DNA of 64,000 bases. Origin: Pseudomonadota bacterium. Its GTDB lineage: Bacteria > Pseudomonadota > Alphaproteobacteria > Rhodobacterales > Rhodobacteraceae. The translations under genes were made by a program, and so were the position numbers. Positions 1 to 9,149 of the stretch are shown here, one piece after another. The stretch is from NCBI GenBank assembly GCA_041163945.1, contig JBEAQJ010000021.1:522-64521 (forward strand). Direction: 5' to 3'. How positions within the stretch are numbered: the first letter of the stretch is position 1; each line of letters begins with the position of its first letter. Below the pieces are notes generated by a model. It saw nothing but the letters and a program-made list of their open reading frames with translations, was not told where the DNA came from and did not search any database.

Positions 1-709
1 CGGCGCCCAGCGCCACGGCCACACCGGCCCGCGTTGATCCGGTGAACGACACCATGTCGACCTCGGGGTGGGCGGCCAGCGCTGCGCCAACCTGCACGCC
101 CGTGCCGTTGACAAGGTTGAACACCCCCTTGGGCACGCCCGCCTCATCGCAAAGCTCGGCGAACAAAAGCGCCGACAGCGGCGCCAGTTCCGAGGGTTTC
201 AGCACCATGGTGCATCCCGCCGCAAGCGCAGGGGCCACCTTGCACACGATCTGGTTCATCGGCCAGTTCCACGGCGTGATCAAAGCGCAAACGCCGATGG
301 CTTCACGGATCAGCCGGGTGGTGGCGCGCTGTTCTTCCCAAGGAAAATCGCGCGCGGCCTGGATCGTGGTTTGCAGATGGATCTGACCGGCCCAAGCCTG
401 TGCATCGCGCGCAGCCGTGATGGGGGCCCCCATCTCGGTCGACATGGCTTGGGCGATCTCGTCGTAGCGGGCCGTGTAGCGCGCCAAAATCGCCTCGAGC
501 AGGGCAATCCGGTCCGCGACAGGCCAGGCGGAAAACCCATCGAACGCGGCGCGCGCGGCCATCACCGCGCGGTCGGCATCCGATGTGTCGCCCAAGGCTA
601 ATTGGCCAATGCTTGCGCCCGTTGCCGGGTTTTCGACCGCCACATGGTCGTGGCCCAAGGGCGCACACCACGCGCCCCCGACGTAATGCTGTGACAGGCG
701 GTGCAACAT
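1..709 (-). CDS. Aldehyde dehydrogenase family protein (partial, runs off the window start)
   Basis: Not in the ORF track. Manual translation from ATG at 709 gives MLHRLSQHYVGGAW...ENPATG, then ITPWNWPMNQIVCKVAPALAAGCTMVLKPSE and SFTGST, which are canonical ALDH motifs. Confidence 0.9.
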   Translation of the reverse strand, partial: MLHRLSQHYVGGAWCAPLGHDHVAVENPATGASIGQLALGDTSDADRAVMAARAAFDGFSAWPVADRIALLEAILARYTARYDEIAQAMSTEMGAPITAARDAQAWAGQIHLQTTIQAARDFPWEEQRATTRLIREAIGVCALITPWNWPMNQIVCKVAPALAAGCTMVLKPSELAPLSALLFAELCDEAGVPKGVFNLVNGTGVQVGAALAAHPEVDMVSFTGSTRAGVAVALGA

Positions 710-715
710 CCGTGC

Positions 716-2308
716 TTACTGGAAATAGATGTTGAAGCGCGCGCGGATCGCCGTGTCGATCTCGGGCGACACCTGACAGCCGGCCTTGGCCAGGATCTCG
801 TTCTTGCGGCGGATGGCGGTGTCCAGCAGCAGCGGTTGGCCCGCTTCGACCCATTCCTTGGGGCTCATGCGGTTGCCGACCTTGGGATAGACGTATTCCG
901 TCTGCATCAGCCCCAAGGTCTGATCGGTGCCCAGGTAATGGCCCGGGCCCCCAAGGCAGACCTGTTTCATCGCATCGATCGACGTGCTGTCTTCGGTCAC
1001 ATCGATACCCCGCACAAGGCGCATCGCCTGGCCCAGCAAGTCATCGCCCAGGATCAGGCTTTCCAGGCAGAACCCCAGAAGCGAGGCGTGCATGCCGACC
1101 GCCTCATAGCACATGTTCAACCCCGACAACCCGGCCAGCGCGTTGGTGATGCCTTGTTCCCAACCCGCCTGCATGTCGGGCAGCTTGCTGTCGGAAATCC
1201 CCGACGCGGCCCCGCCGGGCAGATCGTAGAAGCGGTGCATCTGCGCACAGCCCGCCGTCAACAGCGCTTGTTCGGCCGACCCGCCCGACATGGCGCCGGT
1301 GCGCAGATCGCTGACGAAGGGCCAGGTGCCAAAAATCGCGGGCGCACCTTTCTTGATCGCGTTCACATAGACGACGCCCGCCAGACATTCGGCCACCGCC
1401 TGCACGATGGCCAGGGCAATGGGGGCAGGGGCGGTTGCGCCGGCCTGACCGGCCGACAGCAGCAGCATCGGCATCCCGCGGCGGATGCAATCCTCCATCG
1501 TGATGCAGCTTTCTTCGGCGAACTTCATCGGGGGCACGACGAAACAGTTGGAATTGCTGACAAAGGGTCGCTCCAGCCATTTGTCTTCGCCGCCGGCCAC
1601 CATGTGCAGCATCTCGAAGCAATCGGCCACATGGGCCGGGTCGCTGAACGAGGTGCCGACGTGTTTCTTGGTGCCCGCCAGACAGGCATACAGCGTGTTC
1701 AGATCCATCTCGCGATTGTCCTTCACATCGCGGCAGACCATCGTGCGCTGGTAGAAATGGATGTTGTCCAGATTGTCGACAAGCCGCGCCCCATCATACA
1801 GATCCTGCGCGGTGGATTCGCGGTAGTCATGCGTCACCGGATCGACGATGTGAACCGCCGCACCGGCGGTGCCGAAATGCACGTTGGTGCCCGACAGGTG
1901 CATGTCATGCTTGGGGTCGCGGGCATGAAGCGTGATGTTGCGCGCCGCCACCGCCAGCATGTCTTCGACCAGCGCGCGCGGAAAGCGGATGCGCCCATCA
2001 TCGCCCTGGATTGCGCCCGCCCCGGTCAGGATCTCGACCCCTGATTTGGGGGCGTCGGCCAGGCCGATCACCTCGAGCGCCTCAAGCGCGCTTTGGTGGA
2101 TTTTCTGCACGCCGGCATCGCTGATCGGGCGATACTGCCCACCGGCCATGCCGGGGCGGACCGGGCGCATATCTTCGGACAGGGGTGCCGCGCGCAGCGC
2201 CACGCGGGCGGCCCGCCCGCCGGCGCGCCGGGCGCGGGCGGGTTCGCAGGTTTCGCCGATCTCTGGCTCGTTGATCGCTGCCATTTGGCTTTCCGGTATC
2301 ATGGTCAC
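716..2308 (-). CDS. Trimethylamine methyltransferase (MttB/MtgB) superfamily protein, non-pyrrolysine
   Basis: 530 aa. Arg-rich N-terminus (RRAGGRAAR), AGATAP, DLRTGAMSGG, SDSKLPDMQAGWE and GPGHYLG motifs. No in-frame amber codon. Confidence 0.9.
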   Translation of the reverse strand: MTMIPESQMAAINEPEIGETCEPARARRAGGRAARVALRAAPLSEDMRPVRPGMAGGQYRPISDAGVQKIHQSALEALEVIGLADAPKSGVEILTGAGAIQGDDGRIRFPRALVEDMLAVAARNITLHARDPKHDMHLSGTNVHFGTAGAAVHIVDPVTHDYRESTAQDLYDGARLVDNLDNIHFYQRTMVCRDVKDNREMDLNTLYACLAGTKKHVGTSFSDPAHVADCFEMLHMVAGGEDKWLERPFVSNSNCFVVPPMKFAEESCITMEDCIRRGMPMLLLSAGQAGATAPAPIALAIVQAVAECLAGVVYVNAIKKGAPAIFGTWPFVSDLRTGAMSGGSAEQALLTAGCAQMHRFYDLPGGAASGISDSKLPDMQAGWEQGITNALAGLSGLNMCYEAVGMHASLLGFCLESLILGDDLLGQAMRLVRGIDVTEDSTSIDAMKQVCLGGPGHYLGTDQTLGLMQTEYVYPKVGNRMSPKEWVEAGQPLLLDTAIRRKNEILAKAGCQVSPEIDTAIRARFNIYFQ

Positions 2309-4749
2309 ATCCGCACCCGTTCGGCTTTGGGGTCATAAAGGGGGGTCAGGCTGGCACGCGCCTTGTGCCGGACCCCGGCCACTTCGATTTCGTACTGCGA
2401 GGCAAGCACCGCCTGCGCGGTTTCGCCGGGGCAGGGCACATAGCCCATGCCGATCGCCCCGCCCAAGGCGTGGCCGTAATTGGCACTTGTGACGGGCCCC
2501 ACGATTTGCCCATCGCGCAAGATCGCTTCGTTGTGAAACAAAAGCGGTTCGGGGTTTTCCAACTGGAATTGCAGCATCATGCGCCCCAGCCCCTGATCTT
2601 GCTTGCGCAACACCGCGTCACGGCCGATGAAATCACCCTTGGCGGGCTTGACGGCAAAGCCCAGTCCCGCCTCCAGCACATGGTCTTCGTCGGTGATGTC
2701 ATGGCCGAAGTGGCGATAGGCCTTTTCGATCCGGCAACTGTCGAGCGTGTGCAGACCGCACAGCTTCAGCCCATGATCGGCCCCGGCATCGCGCAGCGTT
2801 TCAAAGACATGGGCCGCCATATCGGTCGACACGTACAATTCCCAGCCCAGTTCCCCGACATAGGAAATGCGGTGCGCGCGTGCCACGCCATAGCCGATCT
2901 CGATCGTGCGTGCGGTGCCATAGCCAAAGCCCGCATGGCTCAGGTCGTCGGGGCTGACCGCGGACATCAGATCGCGCGCCTTGGGGCCCATGACGCAAAA
3001 CACCGCCTCGGCGGCGGTCACATCGACGATGGCAACCGCCTGATCGCCCTGATGGCGGCGCAGCCATGCCAGATCACGTTGCAGCGTGGCCCCCGGCACC
3101 ACCAGCAAAAATGCCGTTTCCGACAACCGCGTGACGGTCAGATCGCTTTCGATGCCGCCGCGGTCGTTGAGCATCTGGGTGTAGACCACCCGACCAAGCG
3201 CAACATCGATCTGGTTGGCGCACAGCCGGTTCAAAAAGGCACACGCCGCCCGCCCTTCGACGCGGATCTTGCCAAAGGATGTCATGTCGAACAGCCCCAC
3301 ACCCCCGCGCACCGCCAGATGTTCGGCGCGCTGGTTGTCGAACCAGTTCTGGCGCCCCCAGCCATAGCGGTATTCCCGCGCCTGGCCGGGGTCGGCAAAC
3401 CAGTTGGCCCGTTCCCATCCGGCCACCTCGCCAAAGACCGCGCCGGCGGCTTTCAGATGCTCGTGGATCGGGCTGCGCCGCACGCCGCGGGCGGTTTCCG
3501 CCTGACGATAGGGCCAGTGATCGGCATAGAGCAGCCCCAAGGTCTCGGTCACGCGGTCCTTCAGGTAGCGGCGGTTGCGCTGGAACGGCTGGGCGCGGCG
3601 GATATCCACCTCCCACAGATCGAAGGGCGGGGTGCCATCCTCCATCCACTGGGCCAGCGCCATGCCGGCCCCGCCAGAGGACACGATGCCGATGGAATTG
3701 TAGCCAGCCGCGATCCAATAGCCTTTCAACTCGGGCGCTTCGCCCAGGTAGTAGCGATCGTCGGGCGTAAAGCTTTCCGGGCCGTTGAAAAAGGTGTGGA
3801 TGCCGGCGGTCTGGAACATCGGCATGCGCTTGGTCGCCATTTCCAGGATCGGCTCGAAATGCTCGAAATCCTCGGGCAGCGCGTCGAAACAGAAATCCTC
3901 CGGGATGCCGCCCATCCCCCATGGCTTGGCCTTGGGCTCAAAAGCCCCCAGCATCATCTTGCCGGCGTCCGATTTGTAATAGGCGCATTCGTCGGGCACC
4001 CGCAGAACCGGCAAATGACCAAGCCCTTCAATGGGTTCCGTGACAAGGTAAAAGTGCTCGCAGGCATGCAGCGGCAGCGTGACACCCGATTGGGCCGCCA
4101 GGTCGCGGCCCCACATGCCACCGCAATTGACCACGATGTCGGCGGCGATCTGGCCCTGTTCGGTGCCATTGTCCCAGGCCACGCCGGTCACGCGAACGCC
4201 GTCGTTCAGAACGCGCGTGACCTTGACGCCCTCGATGATCTGCGCCCCGCCCATGCGGGCGCCCTTGGCCAGCGCCATCGCGATATTGGCCGGGTCGCAT
4301 TGCCCGTCACCCGGCAGATGCAGCGCACAGGTGACATCGCCGATTTCCACATGCGGGTACATGGCATGGACCTCGGCGGTGGTGATTTCATGCACCTCGA
4401 CGCCAAAGGTGCGCGCCACGGTTGCCTGGCGCAGCAATTCCTCGCGCCGGTCGGCGGTCAAGCCCAGCGAGATCGACCCCACTTGCCGCATGCCCGTGGC
4501 CACGCCGGTTTCGGCCTCGAGCCGCTTGTACAGATCGGCTGAATATTTCGCGAGCCGGGTCATGTTCTGGCTGCCACGCAACTGGCCGACCAGCCCCGCA
4601 GCATGCCAGGTGGTGCCACAGGTCAGCTGTTTGCGTTCCAACAGCACGATGTCTTTCCAGCCCAGCTGGGCCAGATGGTAGGCAACCGAACAGCCCGAGA
4701 CGCCGCCGCCGATGATGACCGCACGGGCATGGGTGGGGGGGATGGTCAT
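2305..4749 (-). CDS. GcvT-family FAD-dependent oxidoreductase (sarcosine/dimethylglycine dehydrogenase-like)
   Basis: 814 aa. IIGGG FAD motif, GTTWHAAG, NGPESFTPD, and a C-terminal THF-binding domain (RISYVGELGWELY, CRIEKAY). Confidence 0.9.
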   Translation of the reverse strand: MTIPPTHARAVIIGGGVSGCSVAYHLAQLGWKDIVLLERKQLTCGTTWHAAGLVGQLRGSQNMTRLAKYSADLYKRLEAETGVATGMRQVGSISLGLTADRREELLRQATVARTFGVEVHEITTAEVHAMYPHVEIGDVTCALHLPGDGQCDPANIAMALAKGARMGGAQIIEGVKVTRVLNDGVRVTGVAWDNGTEQGQIAADIVVNCGGMWGRDLAAQSGVTLPLHACEHFYLVTEPIEGLGHLPVLRVPDECAYYKSDAGKMMLGAFEPKAKPWGMGGIPEDFCFDALPEDFEHFEPILEMATKRMPMFQTAGIHTFFNGPESFTPDDRYYLGEAPELKGYWIAAGYNSIGIVSSGGAGMALAQWMEDGTPPFDLWEVDIRRAQPFQRNRRYLKDRVTETLGLLYADHWPYRQAETARGVRRSPIHEHLKAAGAVFGEVAGWERANWFADPGQAREYRYGWGRQNWFDNQRAEHLAVRGGVGLFDMTSFGKIRVEGRAACAFLNRLCANQIDVALGRVVYTQMLNDRGGIESDLTVTRLSETAFLLVVPGATLQRDLAWLRRHQGDQAVAIVDVTAAEAVFCVMGPKARDLMSAVSPDDLSHAGFGYGTARTIEIGYGVARAHRISYVGELGWELYVSTDMAAHVFETLRDAGADHGLKLCGLHTLDSCRIEKAYRHFGHDITDEDHVLEAGLGFAVKPAKGDFIGRDAVLRKQDQGLGRMMLQFQLENPEPLLFHNEAILRDGQIVGPVTSANYGHALGGAIGMGYVPCPGETAQAVLASQYEIEVAGVRHKARASLTPLYDPKAERVRM

Positions 4750-4752
4750 GGT

Positions 4753-7200
4753 TCAGGCCTTTAACCTTGTGTTGTCGGGGTCCCAAAGCGGGCGATCGTC
4801 CTGCACCACGGCGCGGCAGCGCTGGCCGAAAATATCGACCTCCAGCGTGGTGCCGGGCTGGGCCAGATCCGCGCGCAGCATGCCCAGCGCAATCGACCCG
4901 CCAACGCGGTAGCCCCAGGCCCCCGACGTGGTTTCGCCCACGACCTTGCCGTCGTGCCACAGCGTCGACATGTAGGGCGCGTCTGCCGCGCCGGCCTGCA
5001 CCCGCAGCGTGACGAAACGCTTGGTCACGCCGGCCTGTTTTTCGGCCAGAAGCGCCGCCTTGCCGGTGAAATCGCCGGCCTTGTCAAAGCGGATGAACCG
5101 CTCAAGCCCGCCCTGCAGCAAGCTGTAATCGGTCGACAGGTCGCCCTTCCAGGCGCGATAGCCTTTTTCGATGCGCAGGCTGTTGAGGGCAAACATGCCG
5201 AAGGGTTTGGCGCCATGCGTCAGGATCGCCTCGTAAATATCGGGAATATGATCGTTTTCGGCGTGAACTTCCCAACCCAATTCGCCCGCGAATGACACCC
5301 GGGCCAACCAGCAGGGCCGGTTGGCAAGATGCGCGCTCTGGTGGGTCAGCCAGGGCAGCAACAGGTCGGCGTCGGTGCCCACCGCCGCCAAAAGATCGCG
5401 CGCCTTGGGTCCGGTGACGATCAGCGTGGAATAGGCGCGCGTCTGGTCGACCAAGGACAGGCCCGGCGCCAGATCGCGGGCCAGCCATTCGTGATCATGC
5501 CATTGCGCGACCGCCGCCGTGATCAGCGTGTAGTCGTCGATGCCGTGGCAGGCCACCGACATCTCGGTCACGATGCGCCCGCGTGTGTCGGGGAAATAGG
5601 CCAGCCCCAAGCGCCCCGGCTTGGGCAGGCCACCCGCGATCTTGCCCAAAAGCCAGTCGCCAGCCCCATCGCCCGTCAGGCGGAACCGCGAGAACCCGGG
5701 CAGATCCAGAACCCCCACATGATCGCGCACCGCTTCGCATTCTTCGCGGATGCGCGCCTCCCATGGGCCGGCGCGGTTCCAGGTCTGGGTGGCTGCCTCG
5801 GATGTGTCGTCGCCGGGTTGCGCGAACCAGTTGGCCCGTTCCCAGCCGCCATAGGCCCCCATCTGCCCGCCCAGGGCCTTGACCCGGTCATGCACCGGCG
5901 AAAGCTTTCGATCGGGGGCCGCCGGCCAGCGGTGCCAGGGGAAGTGCATGGCGTATTCATGGCCATAGACCTCCATCCCCTTTTGCACGCAGTAATCGTG
6001 ATCGGTGTAATCGGTGAAGCGGCGCGGGTCGCATGACCACATGTCCCACTCGGTCGCCCCTTGCGTCACCCATTCGGCCAGCACCTTGCCCGCCCCGCCG
6101 CCCTGCGCGATCCCGAAGGTAAAGACGCAGGCCTCGAACGCGTTGGGAACCCCCGGCATCGGCCCGATCAGCGGGTTGCCGTCGGGGGTATAGGGGATCG
6201 GGCCGTTGATCACGCGCGCCAGCCCTGCTTCGGCCAGCACGGGCACGCGCGCCATCGAATCCTCGATCTGGAACGACAGCCGTTCCAGATCGTCGGGGTA
6301 AAGCTGAAAGCTGAAATCTTCGGGCATGGGATCATCGGGGCTTGCCCAATGCGCCCGGCAGGGCCGTTCGTACGGCCCAAGGTTGAAGCCGTTCTTTTCC
6401 TGCCGGAGGTAGTAGGAGCTGTCGACATCGCGCAACAGCGGCAGCTTGTGGCCCGCCTGCGCCGCCCAATCGCGCACGGCGGGCACTTCGTCAAAGACCA
6501 TGTACTGATGGCTCATCACCATCATGGGCACGGTGCGCCCGCCAAAGGGTTTGAACCATTCGCCCACACGCTGCGCATAATAGCCGGCCGCGTTGACCAC
6601 GATTTCGCAGCGGATGTCGCCCTTTTCGGTGTGTACGATCCACGCGCCCTTGTCGCGGCTCACACCCGTGGCGGGGCAAAAGCGCACGATCGTGGCGCCC
6701 ATGTCGCGCGCGCCCTTGGCCAGGGCTTGGGTCAATTGCGCGGGGTCGATATCGCCATCGGCCGGATCGTACAGCGCGCCTTTCAGGTCATGCGTTTCGA
6801 TGAAGGGATATTTCGCCTTGATGTCATCCGGGCTCAGGATTTCAAGCGCCATCCCCTGATACAGCCCCATGCCGCGCGCGCGGGCAAATTCCTGCATCCG
6901 TTCGTCGGAATGGCCCAGCCGGATCGAGCCCGTGACGTGGTAGTTCATCGGGTAATCCACCGCCGCGCCCAGGCCGCGGTACAATTCGGTGGAATAGCGC
7001 TGCATGTTCATCAGCGACCATGACGTCGAAAAGGTGGGCACGTTGCCCGCCGCATGCCATGTCGAGCCTGCGGTCAGTTCGTTCTTTTCCAGCAGCACGC
7101 AATCGGTCCAGCCCATCTTGGCCAGATGATACAGCGACGACACCCCCACGACGCCGCCGCCGATGATCACCACACGGGCCTGATCCGGTAAGTCTGACAC
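4753..7200 (-). CDS. GcvT-family FAD-dependent oxidoreductase (dimethylglycine dehydrogenase-like)
   Basis: GSTWHAAG, NGPIPYTPDG, RVSFAGELGWE and LRIEKGY motifs. GTG start at 7200 chosen because GGGAGG lies upstream. Confidence 0.9.
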   Translation of the reverse strand: MSDLPDQARVVIIGGGVVGVSSLYHLAKMGWTDCVLLEKNELTAGSTWHAAGNVPTFSTSWSLMNMQRYSTELYRGLGAAVDYPMNYHVTGSIRLGHSDERMQEFARARGMGLYQGMALEILSPDDIKAKYPFIETHDLKGALYDPADGDIDPAQLTQALAKGARDMGATIVRFCPATGVSRDKGAWIVHTEKGDIRCEIVVNAAGYYAQRVGEWFKPFGGRTVPMMVMSHQYMVFDEVPAVRDWAAQAGHKLPLLRDVDSSYYLRQEKNGFNLGPYERPCRAHWASPDDPMPEDFSFQLYPDDLERLSFQIEDSMARVPVLAEAGLARVINGPIPYTPDGNPLIGPMPGVPNAFEACVFTFGIAQGGGAGKVLAEWVTQGATEWDMWSCDPRRFTDYTDHDYCVQKGMEVYGHEYAMHFPWHRWPAAPDRKLSPVHDRVKALGGQMGAYGGWERANWFAQPGDDTSEAATQTWNRAGPWEARIREECEAVRDHVGVLDLPGFSRFRLTGDGAGDWLLGKIAGGLPKPGRLGLAYFPDTRGRIVTEMSVACHGIDDYTLITAAVAQWHDHEWLARDLAPGLSLVDQTRAYSTLIVTGPKARDLLAAVGTDADLLLPWLTHQSAHLANRPCWLARVSFAGELGWEVHAENDHIPDIYEAILTHGAKPFGMFALNSLRIEKGYRAWKGDLSTDYSLLQGGLERFIRFDKAGDFTGKAALLAEKQAGVTKRFVTLRVQAGAADAPYMSTLWHDGKVVGETTSGAWGYRVGGSIALGMLRADLAQPGTTLEVDIFGQRCRAVVQDDRPLWDPDNTRLKA

Positions 7201-7277
7201 GACGCGCCCTCCCCAGCTTGTGGGCACCAGTATTCCCGCTGCAGGGGGGTAGTTCAATTCGCTTCGTGAATGTGTAT

Positions 7278-7296
7278 TGATCGGGAAAACCGATCA
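7278..7296. promoter_or_regulatory. Putative LysR binding site in divergent promoter
   Basis: Perfect inverted repeat TGATCGG-GAAAA-CCGATCA containing ATC-N9-GAT (T-N11-A), just upstream of the LysR start. Confidence 0.6.
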
Positions 7297-7305
7297 GGCT
7301 GCGCC

Positions 7306-8163
7306 ATGAACCTCGAACAAATCGATACCTTTCTGGACCTGTGCGAAACCCGCAGTTTCAACCGCACCGCCAATCGGCTGGGGGTGACGCAATCGACCAT
7401 TTCGGGCCGGGTGCAGGCGCTGGAGGCGGCGCTGGGCTGCAAGCTTCTGGATCGCAGCCGTGCGGGCACGGAGCTGACCACCGAAGGCTTGCGCTTCGAA
7501 CCCCACGCGCGCGCGCTGCGCAACAGCTGGGCGGCCGCCGGCATGGCCGTGCGCGGCGCGGGCAACGCGGCGATGTCGATGCGCATCGGCATCCAGCATG
7601 ATCTGCTGGGCGATCAGGTGGTGGCCTGGGTTCGGGCGGTGCAGGGCGCGGTGCCGGACATGGCGCTTTATGTCGAGGCCGATTACTCGGCCCAGATGTG
7701 CACCGATGTGCGGGACGGCCAGCTGGATCTGGCCATTCATTACACGCCCAAACCCCACCCCGATCTGCATTTCGAAACGCTGGGCGAAGTGGCCTATGTG
7801 ATGGTGTCGACCGAGACCGATGATCTGGTCACGGTGCGGCCGGAAACCTACATCCTGCCCAATTACGCGCCGGCTTTTTCGGCCACCCACGGCGCGCTCT
7901 TGCCGATGCTGTCGCAAGGGGCGGTGTCGAGCGGCCAAAACGCGGTCATCCGCGGGCTTTTGACGGCCTTGGGCGGCAGCACCTATGTGCTGCGCGAAAC
8001 CGCGCTGGAACTGGAACGGACGGGCGCGGCCCGTCGCGTGGCGCGCGCGCCGCGCATCGACCAGCCGGTCTATGGCGCGGTGCACCTGCGCAATCGCCAC
8101 CGCGGCGCGCATCGGCGCATTCTCAAGGCGCTGCGCGCCCTGTTGCAGGCGCGCAGCCCCTGA
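7306..8163 (+). CDS. LysR-family transcriptional regulator
   Basis: N-terminal HTH (SFNRTANRLGVTQSTISGRVQALE). Divergent from the dehydrogenase operon. Confidence 0.92.
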   Translation: MNLEQIDTFLDLCETRSFNRTANRLGVTQSTISGRVQALEAALGCKLLDRSRAGTELTTEGLRFEPHARALRNSWAAAGMAVRGAGNAAMSMRIGIQHDLLGDQVVAWVRAVQGAVPDMALYVEADYSAQMCTDVRDGQLDLAIHYTPKPHPDLHFETLGEVAYVMVSTETDDLVTVRPETYILPNYAPAFSATHGALLPMLSQGAVSSGQNAVIRGLLTALGGSTYVLRETALELERTGAARRVARAPRIDQPVYGAVHLRNRHRGAHRRILKALRALLQARSP

Positions 8164-8167
8164 TCGG

Positions 8168-9043
8168 TCAGGGGCGGGCGGTTTCGGCCATGATCCAGCT
8201 GACGCAGGCCATGATCTCGGGGCGATGGTGATTGCCGGCATGGGGCAGAACCAGATGATGGCTCAACCGTTCGGGTAGATCGGCCGGGCAAGCCACGACC
8301 AGATCGCCGCGCGCAAGGTAGGGCGCGGCCAGAATATCGGCCACCAGCGCGTAGCCGTGGCCATCCTTGGCCATTTCCAGCGCAATCAACGACTGATCGA
8401 CCACCGCCACGGGTTCGGGCAGGGTCTGGCCCGGCAAATGGTCTTGCTGGAACTGCGCCCAGGTATCGACGGCACCGGTGATGTCGAGCAGCGGGCCTTG
8501 CAAGACCTGTGTCACCGGGCCAGCCAGGGCGGGCACGCAAACCGGGATCACGCGCCCCTTGGGCAGCGCGATCACGGTGCCATCGGGCCATGTGCCGTCG
8601 CCGTAGCGAATGTCGATGTCGATCGGATCGCGCCCGCCGCTGTCGGACCATGAGCTGGACAAAAGCCGCAGGTTGATTTCGGGGTGTTTTTCGCGAAACG
8701 CCCCGATGCGCGGCACCAGCCACAACAGGTTGAACGAACTCAGGCAGCGCAGCGTGACCGTGGCGGGGCGCTGCTTGCCAAACAGCCCGGCCGTGCCCGT
8801 GTCGATCACGGCAAAGGCCTTGGTCACGATCGGCAGGTAATTCTGCCCCAGCCGCGTCAGCGACAAAAGCCGCTGGCGGCGGTCGAACAGCTTGTGACCC
8901 AGCTCGGCCTCGAGCGCGCGCACCTGATAGCTGACCGCCGATGGGGTCAGGCACAATTCTTCGGCCGCGCGGGTGAAATTGCCCAGCCGTGCGCTGGCCT
9001 CGAAGGCGCGCAACCAGGGCAGGGGGGGCATATGCGTGAACAT
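8168..9043 (-). CDS. LysR-family transcriptional regulator (GcvA-like)
   Basis: MPPLPWLRAFEASARLGNFTRAAEELCLTPSAVSYQVRALE and DIDIRYGDG. Confidence 0.92.
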   Translation of the reverse strand: MFTHMPPLPWLRAFEASARLGNFTRAAEELCLTPSAVSYQVRALEAELGHKLFDRRQRLLSLTRLGQNYLPIVTKAFAVIDTGTAGLFGKQRPATVTLRCLSSFNLLWLVPRIGAFREKHPEINLRLLSSSWSDSGGRDPIDIDIRYGDGTWPDGTVIALPKGRVIPVCVPALAGPVTQVLQGPLLDITGAVDTWAQFQQDHLPGQTLPEPVAVVDQSLIALEMAKDGHGYALVADILAAPYLARGDLVVACPADLPERLSHHLVLPHAGNHHRPEIMACVSWIMAETARP

Positions 9044-9149
9044 GGCGGCAACCTACGAATTTTTTGGCGGTTGTCTCGAAATATTTTTCGCTATGTGCCG
9101 CGCCCCGGGCATGGGCACTGTGCGCCCTGCGCAACAAGGGCAAATCACC

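Noticed and set aside
716-2308. Possible pyrrolysine recoding in the MttB-family gene
   Set aside because: The ORF is full length with no in-frame TAG, and no pyl genes are present.
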